Positions 62,493 to 64,000 of a DNA stretch of 64,000 bases are shown here, piece after piece. Position 1 is the first letter of the stretch; the number at the start of each line of letters is the position of its first letter. The position numbers were made by a program, and so were the translations under genes. The notes beneath the pieces were generated by a model. The model searched no databases. It worked only from the letters and a program-made list of their open reading frames with translations, and was not told the DNA's origin. Source of the stretch: Actinomycetota bacterium (GTDB lineage Bacteria; Actinomycetota; Geothermincolia; Geothermincolales; RBG-13-55-18); the NCBI GenBank assembly GCA_016931915.1, contig JAFGDU010000098.1:1728-65727 (forward strand), written 5' to 3'.

Positions 62493-63749
62493 ATGACGGA
62501 GTTCATCACCGAAGTCGACTGGGGAGAACAGGCTGCCGAGGCGCCCTATCCCACCATACCGAAATCCGAGTTCGAGCTGCGCAACAAGCGGGCGAGGGAA
62601 TTGATGGAAGAGCACGGGTTGGATGCCATGATCCTCTTCTCGCCCGCCAACGTCTATTACTTCACGGGTTTCCGCGACCCATGCCTCATGGAGACCCACC
62701 GCTGGCGATACTGCGCCATCCTTCCCCGCAAGGGCGAGACCGTGCTCATCGTGGAGAACGTCTTCAACAACAACGCACGCCAGACCACCCACGTGAAGGA
62801 CATCCGCACCTGGTGCCGGATCAAGGTCTGGTGGCTACCCACCACCTTCGAAGAATGCCTGAAGGGCGCCTTAAGAGATCATGGGGTCGATAAGGGAGTA
62901 CTCGCCTGGGAGCGCGGGGACAGCTTTGCACTCAACGTAGCCCTGGACGAGCTGGACGCGTTTCGTTCCGCACTAGACGGAGCAACCTACGCCGCGGCAG
63001 ACCCGGTTATTTGGGGATGCCGCATGATCAAGACGGAATGGGAGGTCGCCCTCATCCGCGACCTGTGCGACCGGGCAACCCGCTGTGTCAAAGCCGGCTT
63101 CGAGGCCATCAAGCCCGGCGCCACGGAACGAGATGTCCAGAGGGCCATGTGGAGCAAGTGGATGGAAGAGGATATGTTCGACTGCCCGGTGACCATGAGC
63201 TTCGTCTTCTTCTCCTCCCCTTCCGAGCAGGGCATAGCCGGTTGGCGCTACGTATCACCCCAGGCGGAACGGGTGCTCCAGGAGGGGGATACGGGGTTTT
63301 ACGATTGCGGACCCACCATGAAGGGATACTGGACCGACTTCCAGCGCATCTTCCACATCGGGGAGCCGCCTCAACGTCAGCAGGACCTGATCAAGATGAC
63401 CCTGGAAGCCTACCAGATGACCATCGACAACATCCGGCCGGGCATGCGCGCCTGCGATGTCTGGGACCTGGCGCACCGCGCTATCATCGCGCAGGAATGG
63501 ATGCAGAGCGAGCCCATCGACTTCGTCGGGCACGGCATCGGATTGGGCAACCACGAGTATCCCTGGCTATCGGACGATGATTTCACCGTCATCCAACCTG
63601 GGATGGTGCTTTGCGTGGAGATGGGGTGCTACGACATCCCGGACCTCAAGGAGCTGGGTTACATGATCGAGGACATCTACCTGGTGAAGGAAGACGGCCT
63701 GGAACTGCTCACCGGTGGCATGCCCCAGGATATGTGGGTGGTCGAGTGA
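62493..63749 (+). CDS. M24 family metallopeptidase (Xaa-Pro dipeptidase / creatinase-like)
   Basis: N-terminal creatinase-like domain plus pita-bread fold metal ligands (FYDCGP, DFQR, GHGIGL, VEMG). ATG 62493 after AAAGGGAG. Confidence 0.8.
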   Translation: MTEFITEVDWGEQAAEAPYPTIPKSEFELRNKRARELMEEHGLDAMILFSPANVYYFTGFRDPCLMETHRWRYCAILPRKGETVLIVENVFNNNARQTTHVKDIRTWCRIKVWWLPTTFEECLKGALRDHGVDKGVLAWERGDSFALNVALDELDAFRSALDGATYAAADPVIWGCRMIKTEWEVALIRDLCDRATRCVKAGFEAIKPGATERDVQRAMWSKWMEEDMFDCPVTMSFVFFSSPSEQGIAGWRYVSPQAERVLQEGDTGFYDCGPTMKGYWTDFQRIFHIGEPPQRQQDLIKMTLEAYQMTIDNIRPGMRACDVWDLAHRAIIAQEWMQSEPIDFVGHGIGLGNHEYPWLSDDDFTVIQPGMVLCVEMGCYDIPDLKELGYMIEDIYLVKEDGLELLTGGMPQDMWVVE

Positions 63750-63786
63750 GAACATAGCGACGCGAGCCTCTCACGGGAGTAACCAT

Positions 63787-64000
63787 ATGGGAGTCAAAGA
63801 TAGGAAAAAGAGGGAGAAGGAACAGCGGCGCCACCAGATACTGGACGCCGCGCGAGACCTGTTCATGCACAAGGGCTACTTCGACGTGAGAATGGACGAC
63901 ATCGCCACAGGAGCGGAGGTGGCTATCGGTACCCTCTACCTTTATTTTCACAACAAGGACGAGATATACGCCACCCTCTGCGAGGAAGGCCTGGACATAC
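63787..64000 (+). CDS. TetR/AcrR family transcriptional regulator (5-prime part; runs off window)
   Basis: MGVKDRKKREKEQRRHQILDAARDLFMHKGYFDVRMDDIATGAEVAIGTLYLYFHNKDEIY is a typical TetR N-terminal HTH. The frame is open to the window edge. Confidence 0.8.
   Translation, partial: MGVKDRKKREKEQRRHQILDAARDLFMHKGYFDVRMDDIATGAEVAIGTLYLYFHNKDEIYATLCEEGLDI

Overview
High-GC bacterial chromosomal window (hand counts of roughly 60-70% G+C in most genes), densely coded on both strands. I support about 60 CDS, many with GTG/TTG starts and 4-nt start/stop overlaps, and 4 tRNA genes: a Glu-Asp-Phe cluster on the minus strand and Lys on the plus strand.

Gene content:
- two divergent PAS histidine kinases and a CheY-type receiver
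- a FixC/FixX-like flavoprotein-ferredoxin pair
- acyl-CoA metabolism enzymes
- an ABC-2 exporter operon
- a HEAT-repeat / HD-GYP gene pair
- an accessory stretch (about 27.8-42.7 kb) rich in alpha/beta hydrolases, GNAT acetyltransferases and small membrane proteins
- a complete, translationally coupled trpEGDCFBA operon, preceded by a consensus promoter, a near-leaderless 15-codon leader peptide with three consecutive Trp codons, and terminator/antiterminator hairpins

The most unusual signal is non-coding. Two families of short palindromic, apparently non-autonomous elements share GGGGTCA termini: a ~71-bp hairpin (6 copies) and a 174-191-bp TIR element (3 copies plus one solo end). They delimit cassette-like gene modules and bracket a low-GC single-gene insertion next to the tRNA cluster. 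They also donate stop codons or C-terminal residues to flanking genes, and two copies abut -35 boxes.

No transposase, integrase, CRISPR array, rRNA or phage module is visible. All functional calls come from motif recognition by eye; no database search or folding computation was possible.
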